This document shows, piece after piece, positions 38,229 through 50,900 of a stretch of DNA of 64,000 bases. The stretch is from Thalia democratica (taxonomy: Eukaryota). Under the pieces are notes generated by a model, which was not told the origin of the DNA, ran no database searches, and was given only the letters and a program-made list of their open reading frames with translations. The stretch's first letter is position 1, and every line of letters begins with the position of its first letter. The translations under genes and the position numbers were made by a program. Location of the stretch: the NCBI GenBank assembly GCA_965202585.1, contig OZ241826.1, positions 21,948,001-22,012,000 of the forward strand, in the 5' to 3' direction.

Positions 38229-38300
38229 TATGTTTTTGTTTGTTAGTACTCTCGTATCTTTACGCAATTTTTCTGTGGACACAATGTGCGTAATTACGCG
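38229..38300. mobile_element. Small Tc1/pogo-like TIR remnant at a deletion breakpoint
   Basis: Imperfect inverted repeats (tctcg..tacgca / tgcgta..cgaga). The right end reads TACAGTAACCTCTCGCGTAATTACGCA on the minus strand (TA + CAGT start typical of Tc1/mariner/pogo ends). It is absent from the paralogous block. Confidence 0.45.
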
Positions 38301-40475
38301 AGAGGTTACTGTATATTACAAAATTCTGAAAATTGAGTTGTTAAAAATGTTCTAAAAAGCAAATTTGTTCATTTTAACATACATATCGATATATGCCTTT
38401 CTATAAACAGTTATAGTCCTTCAGTTTCAGATTACTAAAAAAAAAAATTTAAGGAACATCGAGTATTGGTTCACGATAATTCAAACACTGCTTTTTTATT
38501 GATACTGCAATAGTATCTTTTAATATTTCAAACAAAATTTCTGTACGACCGTAATATTTATTAAATTGACATTCTTGTACAATTTTACTATTTTTGTTGT
38601 TTAATTATGTTCACAACGAGCGCACTCAAAACATTTAAAGTTTAAAATTTCTAGCAATTTAGTAAACGTTTCGTCAAAAATTCATTTCAATAATACATAA
38701 TTGAATTTTTTCATAAATAATAATATTAGACAACCTTAACTTTACAAACTCTTACTATAAATAAAGAACTATTTTCGATAAAAATAATAACTAATAAAAA
38801 AAAATAATTGTCTATAAATACTTACTACTTTTAATAATTTTTTGTTAAACTCGACTTTTAAAAAAATAAATATTTAGTTGTAAGTATTAGAATGCTTCAT
38901 TTAATACTTTTTTTTTTACAATTTTTTTAGTTCTGTATAAATCAAAAGTTTTGAATAAGGCTTAGTAGAAGAAAACATTTTATTTATATTTTTAAACTTA
39001 AACTTTAGAAGCTTAATCTTCGTTAAATCATGTAAAAAATAAAAAATCTAAATTTAACTAAAAAGTTATTATAAAAAAAGTTGATTTTATTTATACAAAA
39101 AAAAAATAGCCGAAATATTTGTTATTTTAATCATCTAATATTTTCCTAGTATTAATTAAGTAAGTATGTGACCAATAACTTTCGAAGAAACAACTAACTA
39201 CAAATACGTAGAAGGAAAATTTTAAGTTTAAAATCTAGTTGTTGTAAACATAGAACATAATTTATTGACTATTCTTACGTTTTTTATATAACTTTGTAAT
39301 CTAAAACAACAAAAAAATGCAACTTGAATATTTACTGCGCATCAAGGCTAAAAACTAATTCTGGCATTTTGTTTTACGAAACTTTTATAAACAATTTAGA
39401 TTAAAAAGTTAAATATATTAGATACTAAAAAATATTATCAAAATTCACTGTTTAAAATTAAGTTCGTATAATAAGAAAAGAATATTAGGTTTTCAATTTT
39501 AGGTTTATAGTCAGTTTATGATAAAAAGAACAGTGTTTTGTTGCTGTAAAGTATTATTTATAAAAATACATAATCTGATTATTTATTAATGTCTAAATCT
39601 ATTCGCTCAAACCATAACAAAAAAGTAATGTTCAAAACTCATAAAATAAACATTAGTTGACAACGAATGATTTAATTAGTTAAAAGTCATGAAAATAGGT
39701 TTATTTTCAAACTATTAACAGGTAAATAAATGAGCTAAACATTTCAGGTGTAACTTTTTAATTCAAGTGTTTATAAAATATTTATTATTAACAATACACT
39801 TTAAGATATGATGTTTTGTTCTAACTTTAACGTTCTGCATTAATGGTACTATTAAAAATGTATTACAAGATTCATTAAAAATACAATTTATATTCTTTAT
39901 TTTGCAGCTAAAAATACTTCAGTATTAAATATAAAATTTAAGTATAATGAAAAACGTAGGTGTTAAATACTACTTCTATTACTATAACAAAATTAAACTA
40001 CAATAATATTTTTTAATTAAGTTTAGCTCAACAAAAAATGTTAAAATGAAAATGAACGTCTTGACGAAAACGTAAGTAAACTGTGTTAAGGTTGTACTTA
40101 TAAAATATTGAAAGAAAACTTCTATAATACGGTTGAATTTATTGTTTTTTAATGAATCAAATTAGAACAACAATACTAACATGTAGAAATTTGATAGAGA
40201 AATAAAGTCTAAGTGTCGTGTTGCTTAAAATCATGCTTTATTTTGAAAACCTAAAAAAATTTAAACATCAAAACTAATAACATACTCGCAGATATTTTAA
40301 AAATTATGATAAACGTTTTAAAGATGTTTAGACCAATATATGGTAAGAATTGTAAGGATTGAATATTAAATTTTTTCCATGGTTAAGCCCGTTGTCAAAT
40401 ACAATAAACTAGTAATTGTAATAAATATTAATCAATACCATAGTCATATTTTTATTTTATAAACATTTTCCGTAA

Positions 40476-41259
40476 CTAAAAAATAATATCTAATTTACAA
40501 TAAAATATGAAAGTTAGAAGCACGAAACTCTGACCCGACACATTGTTTCCACCTGAAGACGGAAGGTTCTCATCGTTGCACAGGTCGCCCCGGCAGCAAT
40601 CCACCAAGTAGTCGTCGCCTTGAAAATCCCACTTGCTCTTTCCTTCCCGCTCGCAAAAATCGAACCAGTCGCATCCTTTCTGATACAAATCAAGCGGACG
40701 TTCTTCGCCGTCAACAAACTGCTGGTACGTGATGCAGATGTTTGCGTCGCATGTGGCAATGCTGCTTTCGTCCCCGTAGTAATCGTAACCGTAATCTACC
40801 TGAGTATATAATTTACATTTATGTTATAAAATGTAGAACTTAAAAAAGTTCTTCGAAAAAAGTTTGAATCGTTTAAGCCGTTTTCATCTTGTAAAACTTT
40901 CAATACAAAATTCCTATTCAAGTATGTATAAAAAATCATTTTACTTTTAAACTTTTTAAAAATAACTGTATAACTCAAAGCATAATATCAAAATATATTC
41001 AACAGTGAGCACACCTGTAAGCTTATAATAAACCTGAATGCTTTTATATAATTCAATTTTTATGAAAACCTTAAAGCAGAAACTAAAAAATAGTGATCAG
41101 TAAAATAATGAAAACTTAAACTAATAGAAAAAAAAATGAAATAAAAACTAAAATACAGATCACCTGTTTGTGCAGCTGATCAAAGTATGAGTGGCATTGC
41201 AAGCCAGCAGCCAGGTTTAACAGGCAAGTTAAAGCAAAGGGAAACGTAAAAGCCTTCAT
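40476..41259 (-). CDS. Ly6/uPAR protein, subtype M copy 1 (M1), 139 aa, 8-Cys LU, two exons, GPI-like tail
   Basis: Exon 1 41259-41164 (MKAFTFPFALTCLLNLAAGLQCHSYFDQLHKQ; donor gtgatc). Exon 2 40799-40476 (VDYGYDYYGDESSIATCDANICITYQQFVDGEERPLDLYQKGCDWFDFCEREGKSKWDFQGDDYLVDCCRGDLCNDENLPSSGGNNVSGQSFVLLTFIFYCKLDIIF*; acceptor actcag). Phase-0 intron. Confidence 0.87.
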
Positions 41260-43149
41260 CGTCAGTATAAATTACCAGCATCAACGAATACACTTGAGTT
41301 TATTTGCCTTATTATCTTTATAATATCTACCACACATTTATTTCTTCAGAAATGAGAAAAGCGGTTGTTCTTGCAGTTTATTTAAACTGCGTGTAAATTA
41401 GGTCAGTTCTGGCAAATTTTAAATTTGATATATTTATACTGTGAAAATAAAGTAGTAAAGAAATTTTTTAGGTACACTATATTAAAAAAAATCAACTACT
41501 GCAAAATAAACGTTTGAAAGTTTGTTAAAAAATATCATAAAATAATTTTCGTAGTTTAAATAAAATTCTATGCTTTTCGTGTTGTATTACAAATATTTTT
41601 TAATGTTTATGCAGTTTTTCAATGGTCTATCTAAATAAAAATTTAAACATGTTTAGGTATTCAACATGGTATAAAAAAATATTTATTATTCTGCAAGAAG
41701 AATAATAAATATCTAAGTAAATAATAAATATCACTAAACAATAAAATTTATTAAAATTTAAATGTTGAAGTTTGAGTTGTCAGAATTTTATTTTCATCCG
41801 CCTAGTCAAATTTCAGTAAAAAGTAAAATCTGAGGAGTTTTGTTTCAACGCTCGACGAAGTCTATTATCAGTTGTTGATGCAATTTAAGTTAATTGTTTT
41901 GAGTTTATTTGTAAACTTAGATAAACATAAACATTTAAATTTATAATCTTAAAAAAAGATTAAATAAAGTTTAGTAGTTAAAATTGTTAAAATAAATTTT
42001 GATAAAAATAAATCCCATAAAAAAAAACTTTTAACAAAAACTCTTTTTAGAACTTCACAACTTAAACAAATTCTATTTACTATAAATAATTAGGTTGAGT
42101 AAGCAGACAAACGTTTCCGATTAATTGTAAAATAAGGCTTTTATAAACACTTACGTGTATAAACATCTATTATTTGAAACTAAAATAAACTAAAAGTATC
42201 CTACTTACAATCTTCAAAAAAACTTTAATTGTGCAGTAAATTAAACTTTAATTAAATTAATTTTAATAAAATCAATTTAATTATTAATAAAATTTTAAAA
42301 AAGTAAAAAAAAAAATAATAAAATTATTTAATAAACTTTTTAATTAAAAAATAAATAAAAATGATTAATTTCGAGCACAATTTATTTTCAATATTTTACT
42401 GCTTAGAGTTTTTTTTTTTGTTTAAGCACTTTACAACTAAAAGAGATAATTTCGACGAGTTTATATGACGAATGTTTCCGAAAACGTTTGTGTATGACTT
42501 GCTTATTGTACTTATTTTAAACTAACTATAAAACTTTCGGTAAATAAATGTGAACACTTAATTGATATTATTTAAATACGTAACTAAAAGTAAAGAAATT
42601 TTTTTTTAAAAAGAAAACAAACAAACAGTTAAAAATAAAATTTTGTATTTTTGTAATGTTGTTGATATTATTTTTTTTTACAAAGTCTTTAAGTGAATTA
42701 AAAACATACATATTTGTCACTGTAATTTGTATAAGATTAGACAACTGTACATCAAATTGATAAAAGGATGTATAAAAAATGATAAATTTCAATTTGATTT
42801 AAAATTAACTAAATATAAGGCCGTGGAGAATATGTTAAAATTTACACATAGTTACATCACATTATATTTGACAAATAAAGCAATATTATTAATTGTATTC
42901 ATGTTCTATTGACTATTAGAACTAATCTTTTTTCGGAACTGATTAGACTATATATTATTTTTTTGCATTATCTTTAAAAAAAAAATAATTTATTTTTTAA
43001 TGTTGGTCCAAGGTGAAGTTTGAAATACAATTAGTAACTCATTTAATTTTTTTTCTAACCATAATCTAAAAGTTGTAGACATAATTTAATATTTGCTTTA
43101 AATTAACGTTTGATTATAACTATAAAATGTTAAACAAAGTTTATTTAGT

Positions 43150-43800
43150 AAATAAAAACTACCATGTAAACCTTCTTTTTTACAACTTTCTCGAATAGTG
43201 ATGTAACAAAACGTATCGCACAACAACTAGCTTCATTCGTACTAAATGGTATCACCGCTTATTCATTATTAACTAAGTGTTTCCACACATCCGTTTTCTT
43301 ACGGCAAATTTTGAACGCTACGCAAAGCAGCTAAACATCAGCATCAATAAAAACGTTACCTTATGTTTTGTATCATTAAATCTTAAAGCAATGAATGTAG
43401 CAAGTTTTAAGTTGTTGAAATTTTTTTAAGGAAATGTTTTAAAATCATGTGCTCGTAAAAATTAATTGTATAAGGTAAAAGTACTGGTGTTTTGAGTTTA
43501 ATTTCTTAAAAAAAAACTAAATTTACAAAAACTTTAAATCTTTTTAGGTTCATTGCTTCAAGCTTTAGTATTGCAAAACATAAAGTTAACGTTCAAGTTG
43601 ATGTTGATGTTTAGCTGCTTTGCGCCACTTTTAAAATTTGCCGTAAGAAACGGACACGTAGGATTACTTACTAAAGATAGTTCAGTGGTAGATACAATTA
43701 GTATGGATGAAACTAGTTGTTGTGGTGTACTAATCAACACGTCATAATATGAGATAGTAATTAAAAAACAAGAAATACAAAATATTGTATTAAACACCTG
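43150..43800. repeat. Inverted duplication IR1 (arms about 43150-43360 and 43582-43800)
   Basis: The reverse complement of 43290-43360 matches 43582-43655 (..ttgatg(c/t)tgatgtttagctgctttgcg....aaaatttgccgtaagaaa..) and similarity continues outward (aatgaagctagttgttgtg / gatgaaactagttgttgtg). Confidence 0.85.
43601..43747 (+). CDS. Possible small secreted peptide ORF in the right arm of IR1 (MLMFSCFAPLLKFAVRNGHVGLLTKDSSVVDTISMDETSCCGVLINTS*)
   Basis: 48-aa ORF with a hydrophobic N-terminus and a CC pair; the homologous frames in the other three arms are interrupted. Confidence 0.3.
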   Translation: MLMFSCFAPLLKFAVRNGHVGLLTKDSSVVDTISMDETSCCGVLINTS

Positions 43801-46332
43801 TGAATTTGAAAAATAAAAATAACATTAAATAGTTCCCACATTTTTTAAATTGAAATTAAAGATAAAATGTTTTATTTTAAGCTTATCAAAACATCATTTT
43901 TATCATAATGAAAAATACAGGCAATACAAGTTAAATAACTCAATCAACTTTTGCAGAAGTAAAAATTTTAACTTTATAATACCTAACATTTTGTACTAAT
44001 ACCTAAAACGTACTATAAAGTTCAATAATAATTTAAAAAACAGCATACTTTTAGTTTTATATCTAACAAAAAGTATGTACGAAGGTTTTCTTTTATCCAA
44101 AGACTATTGGTACAACATATTTAGTTTGTTCAACCACCTTTAAAACGAAAAGAAAAAAAACCTTTAATATTTAAACTATTGATATAATTTAAAACAACGT
44201 TTAAAATAAACGTTTTAAACAAATTTTGATACTTACTTATGAACCTAGAAAAATAAGAGTAGGTATTAAATAAAATTATATGTTTTTAAACGATGAAGTT
44301 AATTTCAATAAAATAATTGCTAACTCGTTAGCTCTTGTAATTTATCAAGATTGATTAAAATATTTTAAGGATTATTTTGTGCCTGTCTTCACTTTTTAAA
44401 ATATACAACTGGTCTGAAAATATTATGAAATGATTTTAATTTGATAACAAATATATTATAAAAAATTATCGTTTTGATGAAATAGACATAGTAAATATCT
44501 TTAAATATTTTATCTGTTCATTCAGCTTAAAAGCTAATACTTTAATTTCTTTTGTGTTATGATTTTAATAACTTTACTAAAAATGCAGTTAAATGTTTTC
44601 TTTTTATTAAGGACTTTAAAAATATTTTTGTGTGACGCTTTACTTGTAGTGGTCATTTTGTGCCCTTACTCTTATTAAGTTTAACTATTAATATGGTAAA
44701 AGTTTAATTTTATTCATCTAAATTAAATTTTTGTTCTAGGAATTTTGTTAACTTTGTTATAAAACTCTGTTTCGGAAAGCAATATGCTTAAGTTTTATGA
44801 AATAGTTATCGATTGATATACTTTCATTGCTTTTTAATTGTTTTTGATTCCTGAATACCTCTATCAACAAAACCATTATATACTATACATTTTACTGTAA
44901 GTTTATTCCATAAAATTAAACCGTTAGTTTGATTTTCATGTGGTTTTTTAGTAGCTTTAGAAAAATATTTCTTAAAAATTAACTATTATTTTACAAACTT
45001 AAGGTAATTTAGGTTCGACTAATGTATTGTCCTTATTTAATTTATTGCTTTTCGTATATGGTCATTTTTGTATAACTTTAATAAAAAAAAATTAAGAAAA
45101 AATTAAAATGAATACTCAGAAAAACTTTCATATTAAATTTTAGGATTTACTTTTTACGATACATACGTATTGTACTTATTTACAGAGAGTTGTTTGATCA
45201 TTTTAGAATAAAACAAAAATATACTTTCTAATATTCTTCTATAAAAGTTGTCACTTAACCATAATAATCATTTAAATTATATATACCATTATTATTTTAT
45301 TATATAATTGTAGTTGTTAAGTGCTTATATGACGAGATTTCGAAATACAAACTGCTTTTTTTTAACTTAAAACATACTAATTTAGTTTTTGTTACACTTA
45401 ATGTTATGTAGAATTTATTTTCTTTGAAACCTTAAGTCCGTAACTTTTAACTAAATTTAAAATAAACATATAGAATTCCATAATCAATTAACTTGATATA
45501 AAAAGTGACTACAAACGTAATAGTAAATTTAAAAGCCATAATTGAAATGTAATCAGAAATATTTGTTTACTAACTTAATCTAAATAGTTCTAGTTATTGT
45601 TAACGGTATACATTTCAAAGTTTGAAGAAAATAACAAAAAATATTTTCTATATAATAAATACTTTATTTAAGAACAAAAACAAAAGGTAGAGTTTTATAA
45701 TAATGTATCACGCTAGTAAAATAACTTTAACCTAATTTTTTAAGACTAAATAAAGAAAAAACAACAATCTATTTTATATCAACTGAAATATAAAAATTTA
45801 TCAAAAGTTTTATATATAACTAATAGTTGACCAGTCAAATTTTCTTAGTTTTTTTTTAGTTTTTACTTTAGATTAACTATAGAATATAGAATAATAATAT
45901 TTTTTTTTATATCACGTTTACTACTAGGTGCTTAAGTTTTTGTGAAAAATATTTTGTTTTTTGACCTTTAGCAAAGCATAACATAATCGACAAAATATTT
46001 GGAAACTATTGATTGATACTTTAAACAATTAAATTAGTTTTTCTGTTTAAAAGTCATTAATTCTCAGTGAAAAACAACTAAAAAAGGCAGAAAAAGAAAT
46101 TAACTAGTTAGAACTACTGACTTGTTTTAAAATGTTAACATTATATCTAACGTATTTTTTATTTATTATTTGAAAGTTTTTGACCCTAAGTATAACTTAA
46201 AAATCAAAAAAGTAAATAAAAAGTCATTTATCTTATAACATGATTTAAAGAGTGCTTTATGACTTAGAGGTTTCAAAGAGAATAAAGGCAGCAAATATAA
46301 TTTATAAAATAAAATATTTTACTTTATTCAAA

Positions 46333-46715
46333 ATGAAAGTGATAATCTTTAAATGCATATTTGCTTGTTCGCTAATCCGAACAGAGGGCATAAGATGTAC
46401 GGAATGCGACGACAAACATAATTTCTGCTACAAAAACTACACAAAAAGCTCGCACGATGCTTGTGAAGAGTAAAGCGTGTACACACAATGTAGGCAAGAC
46501 TTCTGCATCACGTTGCAGTTTGGTTCATGCGAAAGTTCCGACTGCTGTGAAAAAAGCTGCGATAATCATGAAGTGTACAAATTTGTTGGGACTGACCAAA
46601 TTAAACACCCGTTGTGGGAGGAAAGGGGACTATACATTGTTGTAAGAGCGATATGTGTAATGACCGGGAAAAATTCTCAGTAAGTATTGGTATATCAGTG
46701 AGTTGGAAAAAATAA
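46333..46715 (+). pseudogene. LU/three-finger subtype A copy 3 (A3)
   Basis: MKVIIFKCIFACSLIRTEGIRCTEC...DACEE* (TAA 46471-46473), in-frame SVYTQCRQDFCITLQFGSCESSDCCEKSC..., then a 1-nt deletion before HCCKSDMCND. Confidence 0.88.
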
Positions 46716-47508
46716 TTAAATTAAAAGTGTTTGTTTTACGTTTTTTAAAGGTTATAACAATACTGTTTGTTTGATTATACAAAAATGTGTATTGTAAGTG
46801 CTGTTAAAACCACTTGTACACTTTCATTAAACAAAATTATAGTTTCTAAAGTAAACAATATTTTTATTATATTTTAGCACACTCTATACATTTTTTTCTT
46901 AAGGGTATGTTTTTTAAAGATCAGTAGCTAAAACTTACACATAAAAACTGTACTAATTTTTGTCTTTTTAGAATTGAAAAAGAAATTTTATGTCTATAGT
47001 GTTTTTACTATTATAAAATTTTAAGAATTAACTATAAATTTGTTTTTTTTCAAGAATTAGTTGTTTTAGAATTGTAGTCAAAACTAGATGTCCGCGGTCT
47101 TATAAAATTAAAGGCAAACTTTAATAAAAAGATAATTGTAGGCTTCATTTACTTACAAGAAAAAATTGTAGTCAATAAACGATTCCCATTTTAATACACA
47201 AATACAAAACAAAACGAATTGTTTGAGTAATTGTAGCTTAACAATTTTCATAAATATAGATTAAAAAAAAATAAAACTTCTTAACATTTTAAAAATTAAA
47301 TTAGTTTTTGTTTAATAAGATTTTTTTAAAGTTTTACCAAAATCAAAAATAAAGTAAATCAACAAAGAAATAGAAAATTACTTATATGTGACTAAACAAT
47401 TAGCTTGTTCTCCGAATAGTGCTATTAGAAACAAGAGACTTGAAGTAAAAGGCACTGAAAACAAGTAGAAAACCGTTTAGAAAAACCTAAATTTCATTTC
47501 CATTCAAA

Positions 47509-47946
47509 ATGAAGGTGATACTGTTTGTATATACATTAGTTTTATTCATAAACACAACAGAGGGGCTAAGATGCCGAGAATGCTGCGACGATTATCATTT
47601 CTATGATATAGAACCTTGTGACGAGACTAACAATAAGACCACACGGTGCAATAGCAGCAATAGATTTTGCGTCACTTACAAGCTTGAATCATGCGGAACA
47701 GGTTCTGACTGTTACGAAAAAGGCTGCGATTTCTTTCACTTGTGCAAGTCTGTTGGAACTTTTAAAACTTTGCACCCGTATTTGTCGGAGAAGGTCACAG
47801 TTAACTGTTGTCGTGGTGATATGTGTAACGACCTGAATGAGGAAATGTTGCTAGTAAGCGCTGGTAAGTCAGTGGGTTTTAATAAGATATCATGTCGTGT
47901 GTATCATGTTATGTTTCCAATGGTTATAGCACTATTATTTGTTTAG
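47509..47946 (+). CDS. Ly6/uPAR protein, subtype B copy 2 (B2), 145 aa, predicted GPI-anchored, intronless
   Basis: Signal peptide; 13 Cys in the LU domain (extra Cys in RECC); CCRGDMCN; hydrophobic tail VMFPMVIALLFV. Confidence 0.93.
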   Translation: MKVILFVYTLVLFINTTEGLRCRECCDDYHFYDIEPCDETNNKTTRCNSSNRFCVTYKLESCGTGSDCYEKGCDFFHLCKSVGTFKTLHPYLSEKVTVNCCRGDMCNDLNEEMLLVSAGKSVGFNKISCRVYHVMFPMVIALLFV

Positions 47947-50900
47947 TTTTACAAAAATATGTTTTTTGTATTTGTTTAGACAAGTTAATAAGTTTTATAT
48001 AATAAAGTTATAATAATAATGTAATACATCCCTATTTAAAGTGTTCTTACATTTAGCATTTGTTTCTTTTAGAGCTATTTTTAAAACTTAATAAAACAGT
48101 AATCTACTTGGCAATTTTGTGAGCGTTTATTTAAGTTGTGTACTTCCTGTTTAAAAAAAGCTATAACAGATAAGTTATAATAAATGTACTTGTTTATTTA
48201 GTGTAAACATATAAAATTGTTAAAGCGACTTACCTATATATTTTCATCATTTAATACAATGCCAAATGCAACAGCTTATAAGGTTATTTACGTTTTTCGA
48301 AGCTAAGACTAAACAAACAGTTTTATAAAGAACTATAAATAATTAACATATTTAGTAAGCATTTGTAGCCTGCTTTTTAGCCATACTTAATAAACTTGTT
48401 TCTACATTTATTTTGAGTAATGTTTTAATCATCAATTGCTTCCGTTTTAACCAACTTGTTTCATTTAATTAGTATTCAAGTCGTTTTGGAATTGGAATTA
48501 TGTAAACTTTGTATTTACTTAAATTTTTTTAAAGGTTAGTTAAGTAAAAATAAAATGAATAGTTTCAACATTTCAATGAGGCGGTAGGTCTGACATAGAA
48601 ACGAACATGTTTTGGCGAAAGTTTAAGCTATTTCGAACTCTAACTTGCAAATTTTTTAAAATTCATATCAAAGAAATATTTTAAATTATTCCTAGTTCAT
48701 GTACCAATTTATAGCTAATAACAAAATTTTTTGTTTAAGCGACGCTTTTAAAATTTAACTAATTTTCTTTTCAAAACAATTAAATACTCACTAAAATTAT
48801 TTAATCAAACAAAATACAAGTAAACTAAAGAAAAAATCAACATAAAACTAATCAAGTTAATCATAAAAACTAAAATAGATGATTAGAATAATAATCGACT
48901 ATTTAAAAACGTTAAATATAATTTTAGATTCTTTATCATTTTATTTTATAAGCTTATTAAATGAATAAAATTTGCTATAAGCAATATATTGGTACATACA
49001 ATCATGTAAACACCTTTCGCTACATTCCATTAATACTTCTTTTTGTGTTATTTTTTATCTTAAATAGAAATATAAAAATAAACAGTCTTTTATCTAATTC
49101 GTTTAATTTGCTTTTTTTGTAGTTAAATTAATCAAAATTTTATGACGAAATAAAACTGGCTATATCTTAAATTAGTTTTTACATTTCTTTAAGATTGTAT
49201 ATAATAATTTAAAGTGTTATGAAACCTATGGACGTAAGCTTTTGTTTTTTTACTTATTGAATTTAATTTTATCACTTAAAAGTTTTAGATTTGTTTATGA
49301 TAGAATATTACTTTAGTATGTATCTAGTTTAAAATTATTTGATAATTGAAGAAAAAAAATTCAATAACTAATTTTTATCTTAAGATAATAAAACTAAAAA
49401 CAGCTATGCTTTTTTTTTAAAGAAACAAATTTGTATAATTCTGGCCTGATACGTAGGGGTCCTAATGACTGCTTTCAAATTCTTTAAGTAAAAATTTGCA
49501 AGATATAAACCCATTGCCAACACGTTAAAAAAAACTAACATTCTGTATGTTTCTAATTTTTGCTTTATGCTTATTTAATTTAATATGTTAAGTAGTCTAA
49601 AAATAATACGACTATAAATATGTTCCCCTTTCAAATTTGACAACTTTTATCTAATAATATTGTCGAGAAACAATTTATGCTTCCTAAATACTTTTAATGA
49701 AAACGGATTTTAATTGTGCATAGTTAAAATAAAATATATAAGATAACAAGCTTACCAAATACTTTTTTTTATTAAACTAGCACAGTTTTCTATTTATTAA
49801 CAAGTTAGAATACTTCTACAGAGCTATAGAAGCTAAAGAAGTAATAAGAATAAGGGTATTCCTTTAACTTTAATAGGTCTGTTGATGTATGTAAAATTTA
49901 AAACGCACAAAACATATGTTAGTTTAGTAAAGATAGAAAACTGTGTAAACTAGTTCTTATATATTCCAGTAAGCTTGTTTCGCTACGATCTCTATTAGAA
50001 AACAATTAACTTTAAATTTTGAATAGTTAAAAGAAACAAACACTATAAAAAATTGTATTAAAAAATGACACATTTCTACATTACTGATGAAGGATAATGA
50101 AGCATGAGGCATGAAATATCTTCAATGTATTATACTTTTATATGATTTTAAGAACGGCGTTTTACAGAATAAGAAGACGTTTGTAGTTTGTTGTTCTGTT
50201 TTAATCAAAATAGTTAAACTTTTAGAATTTTTTTAAATTAATAGTATCAATTGTCATGTTTTTTTCAAATTCAAAACAAATAAGATTTTAAGACTTTGTT
50301 AAGCTGTTTACTAGTATTTATTAACGGTTTAATTGTTACACTTTTTTTTAATTTTTGTACTTTATTACGGAACACTTCATATATGTATATCCTTAAATAT
50401 CCTGAATAAACTTTTTATAATTGAAATATAATTTTTTTTTGTTTTTAATGTGTTTATGATTCTGTAAATGTTTTCATTTTGTATGTTGTCTGTATTAAGT
50501 TAAATTTTCAATATTGAATAACTAGTTATTGTTAACTAGGTTTATTTATCAAATCAAATTATTTTTATACTATTTAAAACTTAGCCTATCAAACTACTTA
50601 AAAATTAAAAGTACATACTTATTGAAAATATTTCTTGTATAATACAACTAAACTACTTATTTTTTTGCTTAACAAAAATCGAAGAAAAAAATCTAAAACT
50701 GTAACTGTAATACAGTTCTACCACAAACTACGAATAAAGAACTTCATATTTTATTTTCCTCAGAAAGTATATCAACTTCTTTTAAATTTTAGCAACATTT
50801 TATTGGTAAACTCAATTAAAAGACCTAGCGAAATTGTTAATAGTATTTATATTGGGTTTTTAGTCTTACTGTCATTTTTTTACTGTATTAAAATTAACTA

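Larger units (their letters stand above)
34600..43830 (+). repeat. Segmental duplication block I (A2-B1-M1-IR1)
   Basis: Colinear with about 51600-64000 apart from a roughly 3.2 kb gap at 38230-38300. Confidence 0.85.
45900..50630 (+). repeat. Segmental duplication block II (A3-B2 and downstream flank)
   Basis: Aligns by eye with about 51660-56560 and with 34600-38230. Confidence 0.8.
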
